DNA from: Ylistrum balloti
Lineage: Eukaryota
Assembly: GCF_031769215.1 (NCBI RefSeq)
Contig: NW_026782282.1
Span: forward strand, 1-64,000
Reading direction: 5' to 3'
Length of the DNA stretch: 64,000 bases
A model generated the notes under the pieces. That model made no database searches. It was given only the letters and a program-made list of their open reading frames with translations, and was not told where the DNA came from. Positions 52,699 through 64,000 of this stretch are shown here, one piece after another; position 1 is the stretch's first letter, and each line of letters begins with the position of its first letter. Both the position numbers and the translations under genes were made by a program.

Positions 52699-53338
52699 TA
52701 CATGTGTATTATATTTACGAATTAAGTAACAATCGATGTATACACTATATATACTATTGAAGCACTCTCTGCAATATAAAAATTAAACACCAAGTAACAC
52801 TTTCTCAAATACAAACAAAAATGAATACTTAAAACGTGGAAATTTAAGCGAAGTGGAGAAGTTTATATATCTAAACTCTTCTTAAACATATGTGTACATT
52901 TACAAACATTTATATCACCTGAAACATTAATATTAAAAAACAACCGTCAGGTCTTCTCAAATGCAACATATGCATGAGATAAAAAACATTTCATATATAT
53001 ATATAATGAATATAAAGAAAATTATTTTTTAAAAAACACACAAAAAATTAAGCATTTTTGTTAAATGCTAGCTTAACTTTTTCTTGTGTGTTTTTTTTTA
53101 ACAATTTTCTTTATATTATCACTTGCGTATCGTCATTAACTATATTTTTTATATATGAATATGTATATATATTTAGAATCTAGTAAGTAATATCGACGGT
53201 ATGGTCCAATATTGCTGCTGGGTCGTAACGAATGTTCCTATTACTGTAACCGCACTTCAATTTCAAACTAGTTTGAGTGCTTGAATTCTTTTAATAAGTT
53301 TTGTCAAATTATGACCGTTATACTCAACAGACTCCGTT

Positions 53339-56300
53339 TCAAAACCTGAAACATGGATAATTTCCCCATGATTCAAGCCCTGAATCATCGTCTTTGTACA
53401 TCCGATACATCAATTTGCAGCGAGTGCACCAACAGTTTCGAGGCTGATAGGATGTTTTGTTCGACTGAGGTCCTACAGCATTTTTATTACAAAATTCAGT
53501 CAATATTTCCGGTTCCGGTGTGCGCGGTGGGAGTGAAACCTCCGACGACGACGACATCGAATTTATACGTTCTCGATGGGAATCCTCGTAATTCTCTTCT
53601 TTCATTTCAATTGGTTCTAAATCACTCACAACAGGAGACGTAGGAGAATGACGATTTGGAGGATCCACGTCTTCTACCACAAGTTCGTCTTCAACTGCCT
53701 TTATTTCTTGATTATTAATGAAACTGATATTTTCATCGGCACCCGTTGGATTGCTAGGGCGTTGAAGACATAGATTATTTTGCCGCTCAGATGAATGTTT
53801 GACATGTCTTCCTGCATTGAGTCGACGAATGTGTTCCGGAATATGGTGACAAAAAGACTGCAATGACATATCACTCGTGTAGATAGGTGCAAATGTATCT
53901 GGAAGTGACATTCTTCTAGTGGCACGTCGGGGTGCCTCGGGTTTTGTAGCTTGCCAAACACATGATATATCATGTGTGATGGCTCCATTTTCTTGTGACG
54001 TGAATGGGGCCGACATGCTGAAGGGTAAAGAAAACTTTCGTTTTGGCTTTGACCTTTGATCGTTTTGTGTGTGTTGATCCATGGCTGACAAGTGTGCTTT
54101 GCGAGCACTTCGTGAGAACGGCCCATACTTCTCAGTCTGCTCGGCTTGTTTGATTGGTACGTTTCGACCTTGTAAGGCACTGACTGGTTCCAAGATACCT
54201 GACACTCCAGAAAAAGAACTTCCCTTTTTCGACTTGGCCAGTTTTTCTCGAATATCTTTCTGAGACAATGAAGGCTTCGTATCTCGTCCTAATAACGACG
54301 AAGATTGTCCGTCAACCTGTCCATCTGTATTTAAGGATAAGACGGTTAAGGGACTTCCGTGGAGCTGTGATCGGTCAGTTTCATCGTTGCCATGGATATG
54401 CAGAATAGGCTGGGACATGTTTCTCAAAAGAGTTACATTCCTGGGTGAATCCATATCAGTAGTGTCGGGAACTAAGTCGGGAACTAATCCTATAGGGAAC
54501 AGAATACATGTAAAATTTTTATATAACACATCCGTATTCAACCAAAAGGAAAAGCTCATAATTTTCTTCTTAAAGATAAAACTGTATCATGAAAAAGACT
54601 ATTTTTTTATTTTCAAAATTGCCACGGAAAGATAATGTGAAAATGCATGCATTTTGCTTCAAGTTTTTAAACATTTGCACGATTGATAAAACAATTTGCA
54701 TTAGTGATTACTAAATCAAAATGATCGATTACAAATCTTTTGTATGAAAATCATCGACAGTTGTATTTAAAAATGAATTATTTTATGTAAAAGTCTCGTG
54801 GTGGTGACCTACTGCGATCGTCGGTTCTTCCTGACCAAAGATTAGACTGTTCAATAAACTTTGAATTTCTATTCGCTTTTCAGATATTAGAAATGAACTG
54901 TAAATCAAGTTAGTTGTACAAATTGCGTTGCACTATATCATATCATTTCGGTTGAGCATGCGAACGTTAGCTTAACTATATTGACGACATAATGCTTCAC
55001 GTACCTGCTAGTGATCGTCTGTTGGACAGAGGACTGGACATCAGGAAGGCATTGTCTTGATTCTGGATCAAGGACAGATCTTTGGCCGGTGAGCCGGAAG
55101 CTTCATAGTCAAAAGAAAAGTTACATCCTGCCTGTCCCTCTTTACTTAGGAATTTTTCGTCGGTTTTCGGAAAATTGAAAACTCTTCCATTATCCACTGG
55201 ACTTTCTTGGGTCTTTTTCTCATATGCCTGCTTCAACATTCGTCGAAAAGAAGGAGAGAGTATGGTACAGGATAATTTTCCGTCTGAAGCATACGGGTAT
55301 TTTCCTTTATTTAAAACAGTATGTGGAAACGGAATTTGTGGCACAATTCTTTCAACATCTGGAAGTGGTTGCGCAGGCATTGTCGCAGAAAAACCAATAG
55401 CATTCTCAGGGATTGACTCTCGTCGTCGACGTGGCAGAGGCGACAAATGTTCTATTTCTATCATGTCATCATTGAAATGAAAACAGTTTTTCACTTCAAG
55501 GGAATGAGGAGATAAATTATACTGGTTCTCAATATCATTCGTGGTTTGAATGGATTTTCTTCTTTGTTGTAACGATGGGGAAAACGGTGACAGTGTAAAC
55601 GGATCATTAGAGTCTTGTATTGACTTTCTTCTTTGTTGCAAAAATGGCGACAAAACGCCACGTCGCATATTTGCATCATTGTCATGAATCGACTTTTCTC
55701 TGTGTTTTGCATACAAAGAACTATGCAAATATGTTGAACATTCATTTGAATCTTCAATTGGCTTTATTCTCCGTTGAATCAACGGAGACAACAACGTGTT
55801 TTTCGTATAACCATCAGCAGCATCAACTGAAGTTCTTCTTTGTCGTGCGAGTAAGGACATAGGACCTGATGTCATAGAATCAGCATCTTGAATGGAATAT
55901 CTCCTCGTTTGCATATGAGGGGAAAACGGTTTTAGGGCATTCAAATTAAATTCTTCAACGGAATTTCTTCTCTCTTTAACTGATGATGAAAATACTGTAT
56001 GATTTGTTACATCAACATCTTGAACATATTTTCCCTGTCGTCTTACGTTTGAACATAAATCAGTCTCTTGAATTAATTTTCTCCTCCGCTGTAGACAGGG
56101 TGAAAAATCTGTTTGGGCCTTCATATCAGAATTTTGAATGGATTTTCTTCTTCCTTGGACACGTGGTGACATAGTTTGTGTATTGAGATCAATATCTTGA
56201 ATGGACTTCCTTCTTCCTTGGACACGTGGGGACATAGTTTGTGTATTGAGATCAATATCTTGAATGGACTTCCTTCTTCCTTGGACACGTGGGGACATAG

Positions 56301-58964
56301 TTTGTGTGTTGAGATCAATATCTTGAATGGATTTTCTTCTTCCTTGGACACGTGGTGACATAGTTTGTGTATTGAGATCAATATCTTGAATGGACTTCCT
56401 TCTTCCTTGGACACGTGGGGACATAGTTTGTGTGTTGAGATCAATATCTTGAATGGACTTCCTTCTTCCTTGGACACGTGGCGACATAGTTGTTTGTTTA
56501 TTTGAATCAACATCTAGAATATATTTTTGTCTTGCCTGCACACGTGGGGACATAGTTTGTGTGTTGAGATCCACGTCTTGAATGGACTTTCTTCTTCCTT
56601 GGACACGTGGTGACATAGTTTGTGTGTTGAGATCAATATCTTGAATGGATTTTCTTCTTCCTGGGACACGTGGTGACATAGTTTGTGTGTTGAGATCCAC
56701 GTCTTGAATGGACTTTCTTCTTCCTTGGACACGTGGTGACATAGTTTGTGTGTTGAGATCCACGTCTTGAATGGATTTTCTTCTTCCTTGGAAACGTGTA
56801 GACATAGTTTGTGTGTTGAGATCTACGTCTTGTATGGATTTCCTTCTTCCTTGGACACGTGGAGACATAGTTTGTGTGTTGAGATCCACGTCTTGAATAG
56901 ACTTTCTTCTTCCTTGGACACGTGGCGACATAGTTGTTTGTTTATTTGAATCAACATCTAGAATATATTTTTGTCTTGCCTGCACACGTGGGGACATAGT
57001 TTGTGTGTTGAGATCAATATCTTGAATGGACTTCCTTCTTCCTTGGACACGTGGTGACATAGTTTGTGTATTGAGATCAATATCTTGAATGGATTTTCTT
57101 CTTCCTTGGACACATGGGGACATAGTTTGTGTGTTGAGATCAATATCTTGAATGGACTTCCTTCTTCCTTGGACACATGGGGACATAGTTTGTGTGTTGA
57201 GATCCACGTCTTGTATGGACTTCCTTCTTCCTTGGACACGAGGAGACATAGTTTGTGTATTGAAATCAATATTTTGTATTGACTTTCTTCTTCCTGGTAC
57301 AGTCGGAACTGAGGAAATTTGGTAGTTCAAATCAGTCTCCTGAATGGACTTTTTTCTCCGTGAGTACATCAATGAATTATTCTTCGCGTCGGCATCTTGA
57401 AGAGACAAAGACGCTTCGTAGTCTGTTCTTCCTTGCGCTAGCGGAGACACATGTGCTTTGGAACTGATATCATTAGAATCTCGAATATGTGCTGATGGCG
57501 ATATAGACGACATTCCTTGAAAACCATCATTATCTTTTATGGATTTTTTTCTTTGTCGTACACGCGGAGACCTTGATATGTGTTGATTAACATCGTGATT
57601 ACATTGAATGGACTTCTTTGGTTTTCGTACAGGTGGCGACATAGATGCCACTCTTTTCAGATCATCAGCAATTTTAATGTACTTCTTCTGATACAGTTCA
57701 CGTGGGGACAGAGATGCCATTCTTTTGATATCATCGTTATCTTGAATACGTTTTCGTCTCTGTCGTTCACGTGGATACCTGGATGTTTGTATTTTCGTTT
57801 CATCTTGATAAGTCTCATTCTTTTGATTTGCTGACGCAGGGACTTGTCTGAGTAAATTAACTGCATCCTTTTCAGTGTGATTTCTTATTTCACCTTCATT
57901 TGAAGTAATCGACTCTTCTGTATTGATGTCATCGGCGTGCTGGAAAGAATTACTCGATGGCTTCCCCTCATCGCTGTCGCCGATTGGTATTAGCCTGTCT
58001 GTGTCATCAGCGTAATGCATTGACCGTGAAATTGTTGACGTGGTAGCATTTATACTCATATTCACGAAACCTTGGACCAAATTCAGCTGTGCCAATGATG
58101 TTTGTAGCACTTCCTCTTCGTTATTCGTGCTGTTAATATGACAACTTTCGTCTTCGATTTCCTCTTGGCGTTCCAAAGAAATATTTATGCTGGAAGATGA
58201 TGATTTTCGACACGGCCGATCATCTGACCCCGATGATTTTCTCGTTTTCTTTTTCTTTCGAATTGTCTTCTTCTGTGCTTTGCAACCAGTATGTTCACAT
58301 ACTACTAATGATTTTTTTCTACAATCATCATTGATTTTGTTGCTACAATTATCCTGATAGATTACAGGTTCGTGAGTTTCATTTTCCCCGTTTTTTACAA
58401 GGGATTTCCTTCTTTGGTGCACGTGAGGAGATTCAGACTTTGTTCCGGAATATTTCTCTTTTATCAAGGACTTCCGTCTGCTACGTCCCCCATCCTCCAT
58501 GACGTGTGTTCGGGGTTGTTGATTTACCGTTGTTTGTGTCACAATTTCTTCAATCGCCATTGATGACCTATAGTCAGCTGATATTTTGATATCTTGTCGA
58601 GATATTTGTAAAATTGCACTATCGCTTCCATTTTCATCTCCTTGTTTTTTGCAGCTAAATGTGTGAAAGTTTACTTCGTGGTTGTGGGTGCTTATGTCGT
58701 ATTTCTTTTTCTGAATAAAATCTTGTTTCTCCTCATCACCAGATGTAATGGAAGTTCTCCTTTTGTCATATGTCTTGGATTCTACCAAACACTTTTCTTT
58801 TCCATCGGTACCTTCCGACTTGTCATCCATTGGGAAGTACTCTAACACTGGAACACGTATTGAATAAAATGACGGTATGGTGATTTCACTAAGTAAACAA
58901 TCTGTTTTTGCCACACCAGCAAAAAGTCTTTGAATTAATGTCCAGAGTAATTCAGTTCTTTGGG
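53339..58964 (-). CDS. Large uncharacterised low-complexity S/R/K/Q-rich protein with a 21-aa tandem repeat
   Basis: A ~3.9-kb open frame ends at donor GCAG|gtacgt (55005, phase 1) and joins acceptor ccctatag|GA (54489, phase 1) into a 1151-nt terminal exon. The 5' boundary is uncertain: an acceptor at 58964 or an ATG at 58830. Confidence 0.8.
56120..57300 (-). repeat. Coding 63-bp tandem repeat (MSPRVQGRRKSIQD[IV]DLNTQT), about 19 units
   Basis: Visible in both DNA and translation. Two 66-bp variant units lie 444 bp apart. Confidence 0.97.
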
Positions 58965-59619
58965 CTTAAGATTAAGTTATGGTAGTCACTTTAGTAGTTT
59001 CATATTGTTGACCTGACTAGTGTTACAGTCATTATCCAGCGCTTCTTCTGGAAAATACAAAACAAAGACAATGTTCTGTAATAACAGTCTGGAGGTTATT
59101 GCAGCCAGCTTAGCTTATTCATCCGGACACATGAAACAATACCAGTAGCGTAACTCTCAACATCGCTCAAAATGAATTACAGATAAATTCTTTAAAATTT
59201 CCATTCGTATTCAAAGAATGTTTCATTGATTTTGTCTTTTTATTCTTTCACATTTTAAACCGCACCGAGTACGATATATACCGGCAAACAGAAAAATTGT
59301 ACACTTTATTAGGCCACAATATATAGGAATGAAGTAATGATCTCCGGAATAGTTTATATATGTGTATCTCTTAAATAATACTCCGTCAACTGAGGAGTCA
59401 TTCAAACGCACAGAAAGTGAATCCCTTTTATGCCAATCCTTTTGATTCTGCACGGGTTAAAATCAATCGCTTTATAGATTGGTTGTGTATATTTTGTTTT
59501 CAGTTCAGTGATATTTTGTCAAAGAAATATTTCGGATTTAACAGTAACAAGAGATCCCATAGAAATCTTGTCGCCCACCATTGTTTGATCTTTATTTGTT
59601 GGATCTTTTCCCCTCTTTT

Positions 59620-60050
59620 CTTCTATGTTTTTGCTGTTAATGATAAGAATTTTGAACATTCGTTTGCAGAAATAGCGATAACAATCTTTACCTGCCAAAT
59701 GCCAAATGGTCGCCTGGAAGCCATTTTGGTTTTTCTGATCAGTCCTAAAATCAAATGGGCACAACTATGGACCAAGGGCAACCTACAAGCCTTCCAAGAA
59801 ATAGCGATAGCAAACTTGCAAAGTCCAAATCCAAGATGGCCATCTGTCAGCCATTTTGTCTTTCTGGTCAGTCCCAAAATCAAAACGGCACAACTGGGGA
59901 TCCAGTTGGATCTTACATGGAGCGTACATATGAAATTTGAGAAAGATTCATTCAGTACTTTTCAGGAAAAAGCGATAACAAAAATTGTTTACAGGCGGAC
60001 CACAGACGTAGAGCAATTTGAATAACCTACCATCTGATGGTGGTTGATAT
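59620..60050 (+). mobile_element. Helentron/HINE-like element with internal tandem units
   Basis: gaaatagcgata-like anchor at 59669, 59798 and 59966. gccattttg...tcagtcc.aaaatcaaa is repeated, and catatgaaatttgagaaaga is shared with the copy at 30139-30545. Confidence 0.7.
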
Positions 60051-62080
60051 TAAATCCGGAATATTTCTCTGATAAAATCTTTCTGAATCGAAAACAAAAT
60101 ATACACCACTAATCTATAAAGCAATTTATTTTAATCAGTGCAATATACAAACGGTTGAACCATGAGTACATACGTTCATTTGACGAATAATTCTCTTCAT
60201 TACGAACCTCGCCAAAAAGCATCTTTTGATTCAAATACTGAGCATTCGAGACTGACGCAATCGACAGACGATGAAAGAAAAACTAAAATCTTAAATACAC
60301 TCGGCTCCGTAATGATGCATTTCAACACTTTAATTACATAAGGTTTATGCTAAATTCAAGACAATCAGATTATGTCCAAATCCTTACAAATTCATTGATC
60401 GCCGATGCGCTGTTTTCTTTTATTTCTATTTTTTTTAACAAAAAATATTATACATGTTTAAAAAAAAAAGAAACATTAAAATATGAATGTTTCAGGCATA
60501 ACCTGTTTTCTTACCTGGCTAGAGAAACAAATTTTGTAGCATCCTTTGGTCCTTCGTCTTGACAACCGGTGCTTGTTGACAACGTCTGCCGCCACTGACA
60601 GAGAACCAGCGAATGTCGAGTTTATAACGCTTTGTCGCGTTGACGGCAAAATCATGCGCACTTGACTCTGCATCATGAAGCGCTAATCAGTTTTCACAAC
60701 CTTTTACGTAAGTTATTTTTCGATCCTCACTGACTAAGTGAAATGGTATACTAACGTATATAATACCTTTTTCAGTTCTGTTACTGTGAAGCTTTCCGCT
60801 GTTAAATAAAGTGACGTCATTGTGTTCGTGTTATAAAGAATGGATTCAATTTTTTTAACTTAACCCAATATTCATTTGTAATACCCAAAGACTTCAAATT
60901 AATGTCGGAGTTTACTTTTGTCATGTTACAGCAGTGTTCTTTGGAAAACATTGAAATATCTAAGATTTTTATTTTATATCCGTGAATCACGTCCGGCGCA
61001 CCTCTCTCTCGACTTTGATTTTGATTTTCCATCAACTTACCGTGTTTTAAATTGTCCAGCTTATTAACGACGTTATAGTGTTTCAGAAAAGTATGGAGGG
61101 AAAATTTCAGCATCCGGTCAATTGTTCTCTCTTTTTCCACAAGCACAAGCATTGCACGTCCTATCTTTGAAATTAAAAAAATAGTAATTATCTTATATAT
61201 TTTTTACTTGTGTCGTTTATTGACATGGTTGGGCACAGGTATATCAGGTCAGTGATATTGCAACATGTTGGTCAAATGTGATGTTAACACGTTTCTATCT
61301 CCAAAACATTCAAGCGTTTCGTCACTCATTCAAGCGTTTGAGAGATGTAATTTCGAGATTTGCAAAATAGGTTCCGAAAAAAAAATATCCGGATCAGTCG
61401 ATATTTTATATTTCAAATGATGATTTTCCGTTTTCAATACATATTTTTGAGTCGGTGCAATTATTCTGGGTCAGGCGGATCACGAAAAATCGGCTCTATT
61501 TATTTTTACCCTACATTCCATCATATTTACAGACACTCGTTCTGATATCCCAAAGTTACTTTCCTTCGTGGAGGCCGATATTGCAGAAATTTTATACATT
61601 ATGCCTGACTGTCTGTCCACATTTCCGTTTGTCCACAAGTCTGTCCGCTAACCTGCCTTCATAGTTGCTCACTCTGCTGTACATTCTTAGTTATAATACT
61701 TAGCGGTTACACAACGGATCACATCAGTTATAATTAGCCAGCGCCGTATTCAAATAGACTATAAAAAATCCAATTGTGTCCCATGTTATTTGATATCACA
61801 AATAAAATTTTTGGAGAAAATAAATTTTCGAAGTTGATTTTCATCTGAAATTGACATTTCGCGGCACACCGCTGGCAATAAAATATGTTATATTACATAG
61901 AATCTTACTTCCTTATATATAATTGACCTTACAACCTGTTTGGAACATGGGGTCACTGCTTGTGATGTTGCAGAGAGATAAGGCACATAAAAGAGGCCAG
62001 GAAACTTTTTTCTAAATATAATACTGCTGACTCCGGGTCACGTGCTAAAATTCAAAAAGTGATAACTTTGGTGTTCTTAC

Positions 62081-62099
62081 CTTGGGCTACACGTACCAT
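62081..62099 (-). CDS. Candidate first coding exon (MVRVAQ) of the repeat-protein gene
   Basis: tttaaaacATGG start context, 19 nt, donor AAG|gtaaga. Phase 1 matches the acceptor at 58964 and would give a 1709-aa frame. Confidence 0.35.
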
Positions 62100-63796
62100 G
62101 TTTTAAACGTTTACATATCAAACTCAGTATCTTAAATGTTGAAATGTTTCAATGTGTATTGTTAAAAATAGCGACTTTGAGACTTGTAAAATTTAAATGT
62201 AAAAACCAATAAATTTTATTGTCCTGATGACTAAGATGCAGATATGCTGAATTCTACTTGGATATACGATTTTTGAAATAGATATTTATTTCAATTTCAA
62301 ATCAACATTATGAATCATAACTCTTTATCCTCCATCCCATCCCAACATCCACATACACAAGTTCACAAGTTTCAGGAAGACTTTAATCATAATGCATAAT
62401 CTCTATGTGTGTCACAGAAATTGTTGTTACGTCATAAAACGGCTTGCCTAGTACTGTGTCTGCACATTATTTATACTTACCAAAAAAGTGGAACAGGACA
62501 AGACAACAAAAAACTGTAAACATGAGGGATCAGATTTTTATTGCAAAATATAAAATAATCGTTAGTAAAGATCAATATTAACACGCAAAATTAATTTCGA
62601 AGGAAGAAGTCGCATGTGGAAATAACATACATTAGTTTGATTTCACGAATTGTCAAGTGCATTTCAAACAATTCGCACTGAAAATGCCTTGACGAGACAC
62701 GTGAAGTTACACATATATAGACACATGTGTTGACATATAACGTATATATATATAGAGGCGCGTGTTCTGGCATGTAGAGGCAGGTGAACTGCTACGTACA
62801 TACAGTTCAAGACCCATGTGTTTACACGTACAGACGTGTGTTGACAGGTGAAGTCACGTGCACTGACAAGGGGAGACACGTGAATCGACACGTGTATCCA
62901 TACGAGTGTTGACATGTAGATACATGTTTTGACACATAAAGTCATGTGACTGATATATATATTTGTACAAGCAGATGAATTGACATGAAGAGATGGATAA
63001 GGTATTTCTGTCCGTCGTTTTCTTTGCATGCACCTGAACGTTCTGTATAGTATTACAAATGGAAGACGCGTGCATTAATCAAACATTGAATGCAAATTAT
63101 TGTTACACACAGAAGCAACAATTGAACTCACAGTGTGAAAACGTGTACATAAATTTAAAGAGGTATATATACATGAAAGCAAAACCCATGTTTAAAAATA
63201 GTAACACTTTCACTCGTAAATGAATGTGTAATTTGAAGCGCTTGTATCAAGTATACCGAATGTGTACCATCTTTAATTATCATAACAGCAAAGACAATTT
63301 GTAAAATAAGTAATAAAAGTAGCAACAAACGAGTTAAAAAATTCTTGTTTGTTGTAAAATCGTTTACACATTTTGAATTTTAAACAAGGTGATTAATGTC
63401 ACAAAACTATTTACAAAAATGCATAAAGCACAACAAAGTTTATTGCAGACATTCAAAAGTGTATTCAACAGAAAAAATACTCCGCGTTAGGTCTACATGT
63501 ATGTTTACCTGTAAATCGAGTGAGAGTCCACACAATATTTGAATAGAAATGTACATGGATAGAAAGAAAATTGCATATACGACGAAAGTGTAAACGCTAT
63601 CTTGATTTACAGGTAATTAATGTTGTAAGCTTGAAAGGCGGTTTATCAAGATTTCGGCTTCTGATCTATTTAAAAGCAAACGGTAATAAAATATAAATTG
63701 TACAGCCATCCAAACGTAAAAAGGAAACTCGTGTCATAAATTCCATTAGATTTAAATTCCATTTTAAGATATTTTTGTCGATTGACATGGTTTGAT

Positions 63797-63823
63797 TGAC
63801 GTCATATTTACGCGCACTTCCGG
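63797..63823. promoter_or_regulatory. CRE palindrome (TGACGTCA) next to an ETS motif (CACTTCCGG)
   Basis: Both motifs match exactly within a small CpG-rich patch. The target gene is unknown. Confidence 0.35.
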
Positions 63824-64000
63824 TTCCGCTAGATTATATTTAAATTTAGTACACTGTGATAAACATAACGAAAATGGATAATACGGAGAAAGACAGCTAT
63901 CTGGCACAAACATACACAGGTAAAATCATCAGTAACTTGGAATGGGCAGTCAATGAAAAATTCACATAACCAATCATAGATCGTATGGTCGTTTGTTAAT

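Noticed and set aside
55983-57282. Repetitive ORFs in other frames of the 63-bp array
   Set aside because: By-products of the coding repeat; each is interrupted at the variant units.
59417-60025. 202-aa plus-strand ORF
   Set aside because: It runs through a HINE-type tandem repeat and shows no protein family features.
1-64000. Hammerhead ribozymes, snRNAs, conserved miRNAs
   Set aside because: By-eye scans for CUGANGA with GAAA stems, U1/U6 starts and several conserved miRNA sequences found no complete match; an Infernal search would be decisive.

Overview
AT-rich, intron-containing eukaryotic DNA. The repeat content and genes point to a bivalve mollusc (inference). Four host genes are supported: (1) the last coding exon of a class A neuropeptide GPCR (+, 6312-6755); (2) a complete 8-exon alpha-L-fucosidase, GH29 (-, 20296-25252, 458 aa); (3) a complete 5-exon claudin/PMP22-family tetraspan gene (+, 37692-48069, 304 aa); (4) a very large, low-complexity, uncharacterised protein (-, 53339-58964, candidate first exon 62081-62099, about 1700 aa) with about 19 tandem 21-aa SPR/RRKS repeats. 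Just upstream of the fucosidase is a nested transposon stack: a PIF/Harbinger element (25606-30570) holds an internally deleted Ty3/Gypsy retroelement, which holds a Harbinger MITE, plus Helentron-type insertions. The most interesting signal is a degenerate SGNH/GDSL esterase ORF between a PBS-like site and gag on the Gypsy strand, with an apparent ATG|GTAAGT splice. The window also has several MITEs, a SINE relic, four tandem arrays and one assembly gap. No rRNA, intact tRNA or CRISPR array was seen. Exon boundaries and alignments were read by hand; no database search was run.
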